A stretch of 64,000 nt of DNA. Source: Tubiluchus corallicola (taxonomy: Eukaryota > Animalia > Priapulida). The notes beneath the pieces were generated by a model. It worked only from the letters and a program-made list of their open reading frames with translations. It searched no databases and had not been told where the DNA came from. A program made the position numbers and the translations under genes. Where the stretch lies: positions 974,907-1,038,906 of the forward strand of contig JAQGDQ010000025.1 of NCBI GenBank assembly GCA_030141605.1. Direction: 5' to 3'. Numbering within the stretch: position 1 is the stretch's first letter; each line of letters starts with the position of its first letter. Shown here piece by piece: positions 14,954-28,130 of the stretch.

Positions 14954-15293
14954 TGGCGCATTCAGATTAGGGAGTTTTCTCGCTAAGTAAACTTGCCAAG
15001 TAACTCGCAAAGTAACTCGTTAAGCAACTCGCAAGCGTGTTCACTTTAGAGAGTAAAATTTGCTGCGAGCTACTCTCCGACAGTAAGCGCGCGCTGAGTT
15101 TTCAATTCTCTATTCACGGCGATAAGTGTCGCTGAAGCGTTTACACTAGACAGAAATTCGCAGGAAATCAACTCGCAGCAACTGTTGGAGAGTTTGTAAT
15201 AACTGTCGAGAGTGACACGCAAAACAGTTCACACTTGCAAGTTTGCAATCCAGAGAACATCGCGACAGAAAAATCTCTAGTCTGAACACGTCG
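14954..15293. mobile_element. PIF/Harbinger (Tourist)-like MITE
   Basis: TAA|TGGCGCATTCAGATTAGGGAGTTTTC ... GAAAAATCTCTAGTCTGAACACGTCG|TAA: imperfect TIR, 3-bp TAA flanks and inverted internal motifs. Confidence 0.6.
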
Positions 15294-16147
15294 TAAGACA
15301 TTCGTGACGCGAAGTTCTTGCAAATGCGAGGAAAAACGGACATTTTAAACTCTTTGTAGCCGGTAAATTAACAGATGCGGTTATAGGTTCATAAACGGAG
15401 TGAAAAAATCCGGAAACATTGTCGTGACGTCTTTTTTTACAAAGTGGTCAACAAAAAGGCGCTTGATTTAGATGTGAACCCGGGTTTCGCCAACTTAATC
15501 AAGCTCTGCACATTTTGCTGATCAATTGGACAACCAAGCCACTTAGTAAAATTGTTATAGAGAAGCGAGAAAGTGGAAAATTTTCTGAATTCTTTTGTAA
15601 ATATTATCGTACACGGCAGTCCTGAATGATCTCAAATATTTCCCATTCGGCTGTAGTAGAAGTTAAATACGATTAGGCAGCATTACAGCGTACGCTTGAA
15701 GTCATAAGAAAACAAATAACAGAGGTAAAAAACTGCGCTCTCATCTTTGGAAAAAAACATCGTAGTACTACAAACGCCCAAGACGCTGTAAGATGTATGC
15801 CAAGGTCGAAAAATTCGAAAGTACGTTTTTAAATAGTTTATTTTTGTTAGCAGTTGGGCGCGTATGTCTGTTTGCGTTTTTGCATAATCTTTTTGCTCAA
15901 AAGAGTTTCAGTCGTAAGGATTTTATCTGGACTTTCCTCGCGAAATAACTTGTAACTAACATTATTAAAATTTCCAGTCGTCGATGGAAAGTACCTTGAG
16001 TTGTCAATATCATTATAGTTAATAACAATAGTCTAAAATGCTAAAAGCATTTTGTAAGAAAAAACAGGGCCCTAAAAAGAAAAAATAGAAAAAAGTTGTG
16101 AGAGAATGAACACAATGTCGCAAAGATGAAGAGTACGATAAGCTTAA

Positions 16148-16692
16148 AGGAAAGAACAAGTCACTCAGTATACTGGGTTTATTTTACTGTTATCACCGAA
16201 ACTTAGAAGAATATAACAAAGAACTGCCTATAAAGTACAAATCAAAAACATACTACCTCTAAATAGAAATTTTCAGGCGTGGCGGCTGCCGCCATTCACT
16301 TGAAAATTATGACATAGCTGGGGGACTTCGTGACTTTTCGTAAGCGCGTCGTGGCTTTCCGTGAGCGCGCGCTGCTTAAACTAATTCAAACTTCTGCTGC
16401 TTACCTAATGCTTATGCAAAAATTTATAAGATCAGCTGTCTATTTGTTTTGTAAAAACTTGTTATACTTTTGATGAAGATTAACATGTGCTACTTTCTTT
16501 AAGACGAATGACGCCATTGGAAGAAGAATGGGCATTGAAAATAGGAGCGTCCAAGCATGAAGTGATCGCGATTTTAAAGTGATTTCGCTAGTTATATGAG
16601 GCACTTATTGCAGTTTTATTACCACAAATCTTTCTAACATTTTTTGTGAACGTAGAAATGAGCCTAACTTTCCGGAAGGCTTGACCTTTCCT
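16148..16692 (+). mobile_element. Kolobok-like MITE, family K3
   Basis: TTAA|AGGAAAGAACAAG ... CTTGACCTTTCCT|TTAA; colinear with 6220-6761. Confidence 0.8.
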
Positions 16693-18615
16693 TTAATAAC
16701 TTATAATTTTTGTACAAAAATGTCCAGATAATCAAACCCACAAGTAATATACGCCAACAAGGTCTTTATCTTGGGCAAAGATAAGCAAAAAATAGAAATC
16801 CCCTTTTGCTCCGGTGATACAATGCATGGATTTACTAGGTCCTTTTTACAGAAAAAAATCTCTGCATTTTACCCTTAAGTTTCTGTTTTCGACTAATAGC
16901 TACCATTCCCGAAGTTCACTGACCACAATTATCGCTTCACACAGTTTCACACTCCAAACCTTTTCGTTTACTTGGCTTCAACTGTCATCAGACTCGTAAG
17001 AGGGGAAAACGCGAAATCATCACAAACGTCTGAAAATAAGCGTCGAAGACCGGAAACAGATGGTTTTACAATAATCAGCTTAGGAAGCGGGGGGTCAGAA
17101 GTCCATGATAGCAGTTTCGAAACATGATTTGGGAATTGTGTTACGACAAACTGACATAGCGAGTTCTTTGTCCCAAGAACTTGTGGCTTTTGCACTGAAA
17201 AGGAACCGATTTAGTGGATTTAACTGCGCATGCTCTGTGTGTTGATTGGTGAAGAACAAAACACCCACGAGTAAAACAAGTCGTCACACAGAAATTGCTG
17301 ACCAATAGAAACGTTACAAAAAACTGAGGATAAGTGGTACGGAAAGGGTCGAAGAAATACCGTATTTTCGTACCGTGCCGTAATGTTGAAGAATTACCGT
17401 ACCATGGTGTTAATTTTTTTAGTACCGCACTACACCGTATTGCCAGCCTTGATCCTAACTGTTATCCCATTATCCCTCCCTCGGGATATTCTTAGCATCA
17501 TAACTTTAGAAGTAAAAGTAGTCCTTTTGTCGAGACCTTTAGTAAGTAAATAATCTGCAATCATAACCAAGCATCGCTAATAATATTTTGAGTTGATTTA
17601 GAAAACGAGAAATGAACGTTTAATGAATATACTGAGACCATGAGTCAATGATTTTCACGACAGAATAAACAGCGAATAACATGACGTCATGAATAACGGC
17701 TTTTGTGTGAGTATACGTAGTGGTGAGTGATAATTCTGCATACAGACTGGCAAATGTGATGTTTTTCTGACTAAATGAGACTGCAGCATCAAGTGACCGT
17801 TTTCAGTACGAAAAGTCTTATAACCGCATGTTTCTGAATACATATTTTTGTACGTCAGCAGGCAAATTGAATAAGTAAACGTTTTCAGTGTTAAGAGATT
17901 AAAAACGGAGTGACTAAACTAGCTGTACAAATAAACAGTCCATTTTTATGTAGAGTAATTATAGACCGGTTGCATGCATTGTGAAAAAAGATACAAGAGC
18001 GAGTGGTGTTTTTCATGTCAAGTAACTAAAATTTCCAAAGCAATGACTAAAGGATCAATATCATTAAGTTTATAATTAGTCGAAGATGTTTTTTCATATA
18101 GATTACAATTCTAAGGTCGACATCGTAAATGACAGACGCTGTAAGTGTGATTTACGTTATTTACATGTAGAGAATTAACCTTTTGCATCAAATTAACGTA
18201 ATCCGATAGTCTCTATTGCTCTTTTAGAAGGCGAAGTGAATGTTTATTCGTAATCATAATCAATCATGTTAAGTGATAAATAAAGTGTCTTATAAGCTAA
18301 ATATATGCCTATTGCTACAAACATTCAATAGCATTTTTGTTGGTGAACACATGAGAAATGTCATAAAAACATCGTAAAACATAAATAATAATTCATAACA
18401 AATAAAACATCGTGAAAAGCATTTACATGAATCATGCAAAGTGTAATCGTATAAACGAAATATACACAATATAGAAAACTTGGAAAACGTAGTGTTCACA
18501 ATACTCTAATCAGACTTTATGCCTCACAAGACTGACAGGCTATTGCATTTTACAGGTAACTCTAAGCAGTGAAAAAAGGTACCATGTACCTATCAGTAAA
18601 ATTTACGTTGCTTAA

Positions 18616-19168
18616 AGGAAAACCGGACGATCGATTATGTAGACAATAGTGCAAAACAAAGTATGCCCTGAAATATTGAAAATTACAACATCTTTTTACA
18701 ATCAAAGCTTGGAATAAATAATAATTACCTCGGAAAGTTAAATTTCATTAAACTTTCAAAGCCACGCGCTGCTCAGCGAATCCACTAAGACTGGCAACCA
18801 AGTCTTTTTGTCACATTTTCGAGGCTGACAAATAGGCGCGGTACCGCGATAAGTATGATCATGAACTGCAGTGCTCGTTGGTGACGTCAGTGTGACGTAG
18901 AACTCATTTTTGTGACATCATATCAGCGTCTTATAGCAATCTTCACTTGCGCAAACGTGCCTGACGCGCAGGGAAGATACCATCCCATTGCACAAACTTG
19001 GTTGGTTTGTGACGTAAGCGACAGCTGTGTTCGGTTTGCGTTAAATAACCTTCCAAGCTAACTATTCAAATATTAGAAACAATTGGTAACTTTTATAGGC
19101 AAGAAAAATGCATATTTTGGAAAGTAAATTAAAATGAGATTGAGTCTAATCAATCATCCGGTTTTCCT
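18616..19168 (+). mobile_element. Kolobok-like MITE, family K1
   Basis: TTAA|AGGAAAACCGGACGAT ... ATCATCCGGTTTTCCT|TTAA; colinear with 4100-4640. Confidence 0.82.
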
Positions 19169-19525
19169 TTAATATTACATTAGATTTTTAGTTCAATTCT
19201 GTTGTTGCCATACTGGCAGAATTAAATTTTTATAAAACAGGAATTCACTACGACTTAGTTAAATGAAGGAAGGCAAAATATAATGTCTCACTGTGACCTA
19301 TATTGTGTCATATAGAGTGACCATCTCAACAGTTTCATTTGCTGTTGTTAGGCGACGTCCAAACGCACTTAAAACACTCACTTATACTGGTCTAGTTATT
19401 CTGTTCTTACAGGATGATTCTTGATAATCAACTTGGTTCCAATCCTGTCTCACTCATCTGTGTTCAGTAGGTCCTTCTTTTTAGTGTTGGGTCCCAGATT
19501 GCACAGTGCAGATCGCTAAAAACTA

Positions 19526-20085
19526 TCATCATCATCATCTCTGGAGTCACACGTCCTCTGACACGACCCTACGAATCACTTTAATCCATGCTGCCCTGTC
19601 ACAAGCAACCTCCCATGTCTGTTTATTTTTGATATGTAATGGTGTGTAGATAAGATCTTTTTGGATAAAATTGATGGAAGTCAGCAGTTGTCTTCCTTGG
19701 GTTTTTTTCTTTCTGCAGTGCTTCTTTGGAAGCTAATTTTAATGGGCCGTCATCTGGTAGTCGTATAACAAGTCCTATCCACCTTAATCTTCTCTTTTTG
19801 ATATTAATTGTCCATTCCTCTGTGTCTTGACTTTATTATACAGATCCTGGTTTGATATTTTCTTTCGCCATTTTATCCCTAGAATGTTCCTGTAGTATCC
19901 TCTTTGAAATGCATCAATTTCTGATTTGTGTTGTGCTTTGATTGTCAATAGTTCTCAGTTATAGAGAAACACAGTTTCCACAAGTGCAACAAAGATTCTT
20001 AATTTTGTTTCTAGACTGATCCTCCTACGTTCAAAATTTTTGTTAATTTGGAATATGCAGCTAGTGCTAAGATTTTTCTTACTGA
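19526..20085 (-). mobile_element. 5'-truncated RTE-like LINE remnant (ORF C-terminus plus (GAT)n tail)
   Basis: Disrupted translation KTKLRIFVALVETVFLY..EL.TIK...SEIDAFQRGYYRNILGIKWRKKISNQDLY...RRRLRWIGLVIRLPDD...VACDRAAW, followed by GATGATGAT. Confidence 0.8.
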
Positions 20086-21288
20086 ACTACAAAAATATTT
20101 TTATAGAGAACTGTTTTCTTCCTGAACCGTCGTTCTTGTAACAATGACGAGAAAACTTGAATGATGTTCTAAGAAGGAGCGAAGTCAGGTTCTAAAGTTA
20201 GGGGGGGGGGGCAAGCACTTAACAAGACGCCGTGTTACACAACAAACAATTTTTAACGTACGGATTATGCATTTTAATTTTGTGTTTAAAATGAAAACAC
20301 AATAAAAAGTTACAGTAAGCTCATAAATCTCAAAACATAATAAAAACGTGTGTGTTATTATGAAAACAAAATGAAGTATTGTGAAAAATGTATTATGAAA
20401 GAACTACAATAGTCTGTTTCGTCTAGGTTTCATTCTAACAAATTAACCTATAACTCTAGCAAAGTAATCAGTAGTCAACTCTCTTTCAATGGAGAGCAAA
20501 ACTAACTCAGACAATATATCCCAACCCACTGTAGAAAGAAAGTAGGACTTTATCTGTTTCAGCCGATTAAAGGATCGTTTAGCAACTGTACAGGTAAACT
20601 AAAAATTGTTGAAAAGGCGCCATTTTTGAAAAAAAATGTGCTAGGGGGAGCGGTTGGGGGAGGGGGTGCTTGCTCCCCCATTAGCTACCCCACTGGTTCT
20701 ACGACTTGACCTTATCTCTACCAAAGGTCAACCACATACTCTCAGTTACAGTTCTTTTGTCCACAGCAATATATTAAGTTGACGGTTGACCTTATAACCT
20801 CGAACAACAACCCAAGTTATCCAGACAGGATATATCCCGGTAAGCCGGCGCTCAGACAATATTTCACTCACAAGATCGGGAAATCCGCATCTTGGTTAAG
20901 CACACACGAGTGAGCAGGATTGCAGCAGATTTGTTCCCGACCCTTTTGTCACAAAGAAACGCCGCTGATTAGCATTTATATGAGAATTAAGAAATCACAT
21001 AAAGCGTCTTTTAATACGTGGAAATAATTGCTTTCATGTGGCCCTTTTGATGTGTGAAAACTGTAATTAAGACGTAGTAAAGAATTACAAATTTACTGTA
21101 GCTTGCCCTTGCCCGGGCCTTTTTGATATGCGCGGTGTGGGAACGCAGACCAAGATCTCCACTAAAGAGGCTAATTTGTAAAGAACCTGATCACTAAAAG
21201 GTTTCTACGCTTAACTTTGGGCAAAATTTAAATCCTTCTGGATATTTAGCCTGTATAGTCGTTTAAAATTATGAAGTTTAGAACTTAA

Positions 21289-21779
21289 AGGATTTTTATA
21301 TATTACCCCATTTTCAAGTACGATAAAAAGTATACATTTTAACACGACTAATACTGCAAAAACGTTTCTGATAATTAAATAATAGATTAACATCTTAATT
21401 ATCGGCCCAACTATTGATGACATTACAAACTAACATAATTTTCAACAGCAAAATATTCCACGAGCATGTTGCGCGTGTTTGCGAAAGCGAAAATTGAAGA
21501 ACAGTGCTACTGTAACATATTCAGTGTGCTGCACTAAAACTAGGCAAGTTTTAAGATAAAAAATCAAATTTCAAGTTCACCACTGTGCTCACGCATGGGC
21601 TGTCAGACGTGCGCTGTATGTCAGAAACGAACACATCTGAATTGAGAGGTACAGCCCTTGTTTTTTGTCCAATGTGTTTCCGAAATACAGGCGCTAGTGC
21701 CCGTCTATCTATCGGATGGTGAAATGCATGTAACAGCGAAGAACTAGAGGCGCGAACGAGTGGTGTTTCCGGTTTTGCT
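21289..21779 (-). mobile_element. Kolobok-like MITE, family K2 (internally deleted, inverted)
   Basis: TTAA|AGGAT ... CCGGTTTTGCT|TTAA; interior matches 9250-9786 and 53682-54303. Confidence 0.72.
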
Positions 21780-22916
21780 TTAAGAACTACATGTAGGATT
21801 TTCACACATACCGAATTTTCGAAAAACTGAAAATGATTTAGGGTATCGCTTTGAAAGGAACCGGACAGGGTGAGGTGTGTAGGCCTCAACCTTCATAACC
21901 CTGCCATGACTTTACCTTCTCTGACAATTTGATTGTTTCTGACTTTAAATTCTATGACTTTATTTCTATCCGTGACCATGAGAATTGTTCGTTTTCACTT
22001 AGTTGGCCATATGCAGAAGTTTGGGGGCGTTTGGTCTTCCTTTATTGTGGTTAACTGATAATTAATCAAATTTAATTTAACTGATAGACTTTGGTCAAAA
22101 ATTAGACAAACTTCATTTGAAGATTGAATATTATGAAGTTACTACTTAGAATTTGTATGCAAACAACGTAATTTGAAGTTTCACCAAACATTTCAAAGTT
22201 ATGATAAATGAACGCAGTATCCAGTTTTCTTTTCGGGAAAAAAGCACGCTGAATTGAAGACGTATCACTGTCATTTAATCCAGTCTATACGGGACACCAC
22301 AAAGAAAGAATGCACACAAAAAATTCAGGCAAGTATCGTTTTAGGAAACTTAATGAGTTTTTGATGAGATTAGTTCGCGTGCGCAATTTGCCTACTGAAA
22401 TTGTATCCATATGATAACAAGTCATTTACACTTTTGGCTATTATAATTCCATACGTTCAGGTGTGTTAGCAGCTTAATCATTTCTGGTATTCAATGTCGG
22501 AGAAAACGAGAGTTTCATTTTCTAAAAATCTTAAAAATAATGAGCTTAGAAGCAGCAAAAAGTCTGTGTGTTGTTGTGACTGACAGACTTCGAAGTTCAA
22601 TTCAAGAAAATTACGAAAAATAATAATCTTGCGAAACAAATCCCATAGAAATTGTATACTGTATTATTTTTGACCTACAAGTTTTGTGAATATTTCCGAG
22701 TAAGTCTAGATGTGGGGCAAAATCAGTAAGTCCTGAAATGCACATAAATTGTGCTGCTAATCCAGAAATTTTGAAAACGAAACGTGCATGACAGTGAAAT
22801 CAGTTAAAATTTACTAAGCTGATTTACTAAATATTTTTAAACTTAGTGAAACTTTTAGTGAAATGGTAGATCAAAGCAAAGTTGATTTTAAAGTCAGTTT
22901 GATTAAAAAAACTTAC

Positions 22917-22989
22917 CTGTAACGGTAATTACAGAAGCAATTAATAACGTCAGCGTCCAGATGGAAAAACACAATATTATCTTCATCAT
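22917..22989 (-). CDS. Putative first coding exon (signal peptide) of the Ig-domain gene
   Basis: ATG at 22989 gives MMKIILCFSIWTLTLLIASVITVT followed by ACAG|GTAAGT (consensus donor, phase 1), matching the phase-1 entry of exon 2207-2305. Confidence 0.75.
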
Positions 22990-23237
22990 CTTCTTTCGAC
23001 TTTACAAGCCTAGTTTTCAAATGGAGCGATGACTTTGGGATGCTGGACGATACAAGCGCTTCACAATCTGCATCCGTCTGCTGCTGGAACGTGTGTAACC
23101 CGGGATACCCAAAGTAAACAAACTTGTGAGTGATCTTCGCCAAGGGGTGTGTCATTTCGAGCGATTACAGTTACAGCTACATTTGTTTACTTTACTGTTG
23201 AAGAATGGTACACAAACGTATTCAATGGAAGCAGCTT

Positions 23238-23247
23238 CCTTTATATA
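23238..23247 (-). promoter_or_regulatory. Candidate TATA box of the Ig-domain gene
   Basis: TATATAAAGG on the minus strand about 250 bp upstream of the signal-peptide ATG; AT-rich background weakens it. Confidence 0.35.
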
Positions 23248-23544
23248 AAAACTTTTATGTATATGGTAATATTTAAGCACGCCTCGTAATAGCCTCCTAA
23301 TAGTGTTTAATGTAGACTTCATCAAACTTGCGTAACACAGTTTTCGTTACAGCCCTCCCCAAGGCAGAGTAAAACTGTTTGTCAGCAGTCCGTCCTGCTA
23401 ACAACTGTCCATTATACTAAAAATGGTAACTATTAATAAACAAACTTCAAAAAGAAGAATGAAATTAAGAAATTAAGAGCAAATGATGAGAAAAAATCTA
23501 AACAGTGACGTATTTACTGGTACTGTGAGTGTAAACTGAATTGA

Positions 23545-24272
23545 AGGAAAATCGGACGCATCTTAAACTGTATCTCAAATTAATCTGCTCTTTGAAATAA
23601 TGAAAGGAAACATACTATTTTTTCCATATTATTTTTTTCAGAATGACTTACGTGAAAGAATTATTACCACACAAACGCATTTTCACGTTCGCGCCACTAG
23701 TTCTTAGCTGTTACAAGCATTTTGCCATTCGCTAGTTAGACGGGCACTAGCGCCTGTATTTCGGAAAGGTTTTGCACAAAAAACAAGTTCGGGACCTCTC
23801 AGTTCACAGGTGTTCGTTTGTGACGTACTACAAACGTTCGGTAGCCCATGTGCTCTTGTGGTAAATTTTAAATTTGAATTTTTGTCTTAAGACTGGTCGA
23901 TTTTTAGTGCAACGCACTGAATAAACACGCTGAATTTAAGAACATCAGCCCTATTTTCCAAATAACTCATGCTTGAATTACTCTCTGCTAAATATAACAG
24001 AGTTGTAACTACGTGCTTGTATTCTCAAATAGTTTGTCTGTTAGTAACTTAGTGTCTCATATATTCGTAAAATTTGATTTCGCATCAAAAGACGGTGTGT
24101 GCAAATTTTGCGCAATGAAATCCCTGACTCTGCCGTACATTACGCAACAAGCCTGGTTTGAAAACAATATATTACAATAGCACTGGACTTCAATTTTTGC
24201 TTTCACAAACACGTGCAACACGCTTACGGACTATTTTTGCTGTTGAAAATTGTGTTAGTTTGTGATGTCATC
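23545..24272 (+). mobile_element. Kolobok-like MITE, family K2, interrupted by about 250 bp of unrelated sequence
   Basis: Starts AGGAAAATCGGACGCATC; matches K2 to about 23920 and resumes at about 24172-24272. Confidence 0.62.
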
Positions 24273-25440
24273 ACAAACCGTTAGCACGTCAGTGTGAAAC
24301 TTTGTCGCACTCTGTGTATTTCGGTGTTTTGAAATTTGTTTGACTCTGTTCCTCAGGGTCTGTAGTGGTTCTGGCGTCATATCACTTTCACATTGACATG
24401 CTACTGGTTTCCCTTATTGTAGTTCCCACTTGCTGTAAATTGTGCAAAACGCAGAAGTTATGTTTTATTCTTATAATGCTCACTGCTGTGGGTCTTCTTT
24501 AGGTAGACCTCGATTAATTGCGTACTTGTTGTGTTCTTTTGTGGATCTCATGTGTTAGGTAAAAATTTTGTACATTTCTCTGTAATTTCTTCCCTTACAA
24601 CCTAGTTAATTTTGATAAGTTAAATTTTAGTCTGTTGTTTTGTAGTTTCAGTTTGTACCTTTATCATTAATGTGTTATTTATTCTTATTTTTGGCTTGAT
24701 TTAAAATTTGATAATTGCTTTAAAAGTCGAAACGATCGTTGCTCAATGAACGAGTTATTTCATTTAATCTTTAACAATCTGTCACCAATTAATCCGTGTT
24801 ATTTTGGTACTGATATTGCTTTTTTCTTTTTGTATGTATCATTCTGATGCCGCTGTTACGCAGTAGCTTCAGTGTGCCATGTTCATCATATAATTTATAA
24901 ATGGTTATAATTATCACGGTCAGGAATGTGGCTCCATCAAGCGGTAATTATTGTAAATAACATCGTTAACTTGCCTGCGAAAGCGCTCGTATTTGGAGTT
25001 CCTTGCGTGCTGGCATTGTGAGGCGTAATAAGTGCTTACTGTTACAAGCCGCGAGGTTCAATGTTCTGGTATTGTTCCGTGAAAACTTCACCTAGCGTAG
25101 CTAGGATAGGAGTTGAAAACTTAAGCGTTTCAGTGGTGTAAATAGCTGATTAACCTACTCTGACTTAGCTACACTGCAAAAGCTCAAATATTCAATATAA
25201 TTTCAATATCTTTTAGCTAACAGCTTTTACGTATGCATGAGATGTATGTGACTATGTGTTGTCCACTACCCCCGCCCTGCCACAATTTAGTGTAATGACT
25301 ATACCGGTTTGCTACAGGTAGATCACAGCCCAGACATTTGCAGCAGTTTTCAGATGTACTTTAATAGTGACTTGGTTGCTTTCGTTGCAAGATCGCAACT
25401 GCCGTTTTTGTAATGTTTAGTATTATCAATTTAAAATCAA

Positions 25441-25510
25441 ATGAAGGTGCTGATATGCAGGATTATTCGATGCAAAGGTTTTCAAGATACACAAAAACTC
25501 GTGAATCGAG
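25441..25510 (+). CDS. Putative first coding exon (cytoplasmic tail) of the fucosyltransferase
   Basis: caaATG...MKVLICRIIRCKGFQDTQKLVNR then G|GTAAAG (phase 1), matching the phase-1 acceptor at 26270/26273; short basic tail before a hydrophobic segment fits type II topology. Confidence 0.45.
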
Positions 25511-26272
25511 GTAAAGGATATTTTTTTGCTTTTTTGGCTTGAATGCTTGCGAATAGTTTAGTTTAAACTTGATTTATTTATAGTGGATCTACAAAACACA
25601 CTGTGTCTGATACAGGCATCTCTACGGTGCAACAGCTGAGTGCAAAGTCCTAATAAAAGAATAATGGGCATCACAACTCGATTTGATAGAACAATTGATT
25701 CAATTATAGTCGCATTCTGCAGCCTGCGAATAGACTGTAGTGTAGAATGTTACTTTTGTAGTTAAGTCTGCCTTTTACTACTTCACTGCAATAGTTTTTA
25801 GAATAAATTCAAAGAATTACACCATTTGTTACTGGAAATATTCAATGATCTGTGCTTTTTCTAATCGTACATGTTACAGCCAGTAAATCTTTTAACACTT
25901 GCGCATCCTGATAATATGCGCAGAAATTTTTTTTGCAAACACAAATTTCCTCGCATTTCTGCGACGATTTTTAGCCTTAATTCATTTGTTACTCAAAATG
26001 TACATTGTTTTTGTTTTTGCTAGTTAAATTCGTGTCGTATGACCACCGACATAGTTTTGAATCGTAATTTTGCGAGAGTTCTAACTAAATAGAAATTGCG
26101 AATATTAATTAAAATTTCAAGTCGTTTTTAATTGTTAATGTGAATTTTAATCACACTAAGATTTTTGAAGGTCAATGCAATATTTTTTTCTAGTAAGTAT
26201 AAAATATAAGAAAGTGCATACTGTATTATTATTTGAATTAACAAGTTTTTTGTTTTTTTTCTGGAGCAGCAG

Positions 26273-27291
26273 GTGTCTTAATTCTGTTTACCTGTATTAT
26301 TATGATCGTTTACAACATGGTTGATTCACACATCGAGATTAGCAACAACATCAACAACGACGACGTGACTATTACAGATAATGCAAGAAACAGACCAACG
26401 TTGTTAAAAAACAAATTAACAAAAATTTCATGGCATGGTGTCAAATCGAGCTCTACCAGTACAAAAGAATCACCTGCGTTTATCACAATTGAATCCAAAA
26501 ATGGTGGATTAGGAAATAGGATGTTTGAGTATGCTTCCTTATATGGAATATCAGTGAAAAACGGTTTGGTGCCCGCTTTTAGTGAAGATTACAGCTTGTT
26601 AAAGGTATTTCCTAATCTTCAGGGCGCACGCTTGCGTGTTCTGTCCGATTTTAAACCAGCGGCCAGGGTGTATGGCGAAACGTGTTGTACTTACAATCGC
26701 AAATTTGAACGCTTGTCTAGTGTGAACACGACTATAGGTTGGTTCTTGCAGTCATACAAGTATTTTCATTTTTCTTTTAAGCAAATAAGGAAACAGTTTC
26801 TTTTTGCTGAAGACATTCAGAACTGGTCACGAAGGCTGCTGAGACATGCATTACGCAAGCTGCCAACCTTTGGTGAGGATGGCACAGTTCTGGTTGGTCT
26901 TCACGTACGAAGAGGCGATTATCTTGCCTCAAATGAGTTTGGGTTTCGGACACCTGGCGCCATCTATATTTATAAAGCTATGAATTATTTTCGGCAGCAG
27001 TTTAACTCAGTTGTGTTTGTGGTGGTAAGTGAAGAAACAGAATGGTGCAAGACGAATATAATAACCGACGATTCTGTGATTCTACATCCGGCAGAACCGG
27101 AAGTTCACTTATGTGCGCTGAGCTTGTGTGATCACGTGATAATGACAGTGGGCACTTTTGGCTGGTGGGGTGGGTTTTTATCAGGTGGCCGCGTAGTTTA
27201 TTTCGGAAAACCAGCCTGGAAAGGGTCACAGTTTGATTACGAATTTTCAGCGCCTGATTATTATTTGCCAGAATGGATAGCTATATCATGA
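26273..27291 (+). CDS. Galactoside alpha-1,2-fucosyltransferase (CAZy GT11, FUT1/FUT2-like), main exon
   Basis: GT11 motifs GGLGNRMFEYASLYG, GWFLQSYKYF, VGLHVRRGDY, FVVVSEE..WC, LSLCDHVIMTVGTFGWWGGFL and DYYLPEWI. Polypyrimidine tract and GAGCAGCAG acceptor upstream add GVLILFTCIIMIVY (TM anchor). Confidence 0.95.
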
Positions 27292-27464
27292 CACAGGCAA
27301 TTGGTGGCCTGTCTATGAATTCAGTAACTCAACACGAAACCGATTTTATGCACTGATCTTTTGAAATAAAACGAAATTTCCGTAGACAAAGTGTAACTTA
27401 GTTCATGGAAATTTACCTCCCATCTGTTTTGACTGATTTCACAACAGCATTATTATGTAATCAA

Positions 27465-27647
27465 AGTAGGCCTGAACCGGCTATCTAACTATTACCATCG
27501 CCACCCCCAGCCCGTTCCCGATTCATAGAAAAAAGGGTATAAGTTTTGTAAAAAAACAGGCAAAAAGCTGATTTTTGGAGGTTTTTCGGCTCTCGTTCTT
27601 TTCGGTGGGCGATTCGAAAAGAAATCCCCAATGAGAAGACACTAGAT
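27465..27647 (-). mobile_element. Diverged internal fragment of the Helitron family
   Basis: Reverse complement resembles ATCTAGTGTC.TCTCATT...TTTTCGAATCG...GAAAAACCTCCAAAAAT...CGGGAACGGGC of the 35236 copy. Confidence 0.65.
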
Positions 27648-27689
27648 TGTCAAATTAGGTGGGAGAATCTCAAATTAGTCATCATCATC

Positions 27690-28130
27690 AATCTCAAGTG
27701 AATCTTTTTTAACTTTGCACCACTTGCAAATATTACAAAGGGCCACCATTTAAAATTACAAGTGGAAAAAGCTCACTTAATTGCTTCAAACATTTCTTCA
27801 GCAACAGAGTTGTAAGTTTATGGAATAAACTACCACCATCTGTGAACGATGCTCCAACTGTAAATGCTGGCAACAGAAAATTATTTAAAAAACATGTTAA
27901 TTTTAGCTAATTTTTACTTTTAACAGACACTTGGAAGCAGCTATTTTAGTTTTTTGTGTTTTTTAACGTAATCTTCTACTTATGTTATTGGTATCACTTT
28001 GTTTTAATTTCTACTGTTTTTGTAGTAGTCCTTTATTATTTTATTTCACTTTTCAGCTGCTTTGTTACTCGTGTATTATACTCTGAAATATACGAAATAA
28101 ATAAATAAATAAACGAATAAATAAATAAAA
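27690..28130 (+). mobile_element. CR1-like LINE 3' remnant with (AAAT)n tail
   Basis: Translates to FKHFFSNRVVSLWNKLPPSVNDAPTVNA; AAATAAATAAAT tail at about 28095-28130. Confidence 0.65.

Noticed and set aside
22913-23155. 80-aa ORF MTHPLAK... as a protein-coding gene
   Set aside because: No recognisable motif; the overlapping frame gives a signal peptide in the correct phase for the Ig gene.
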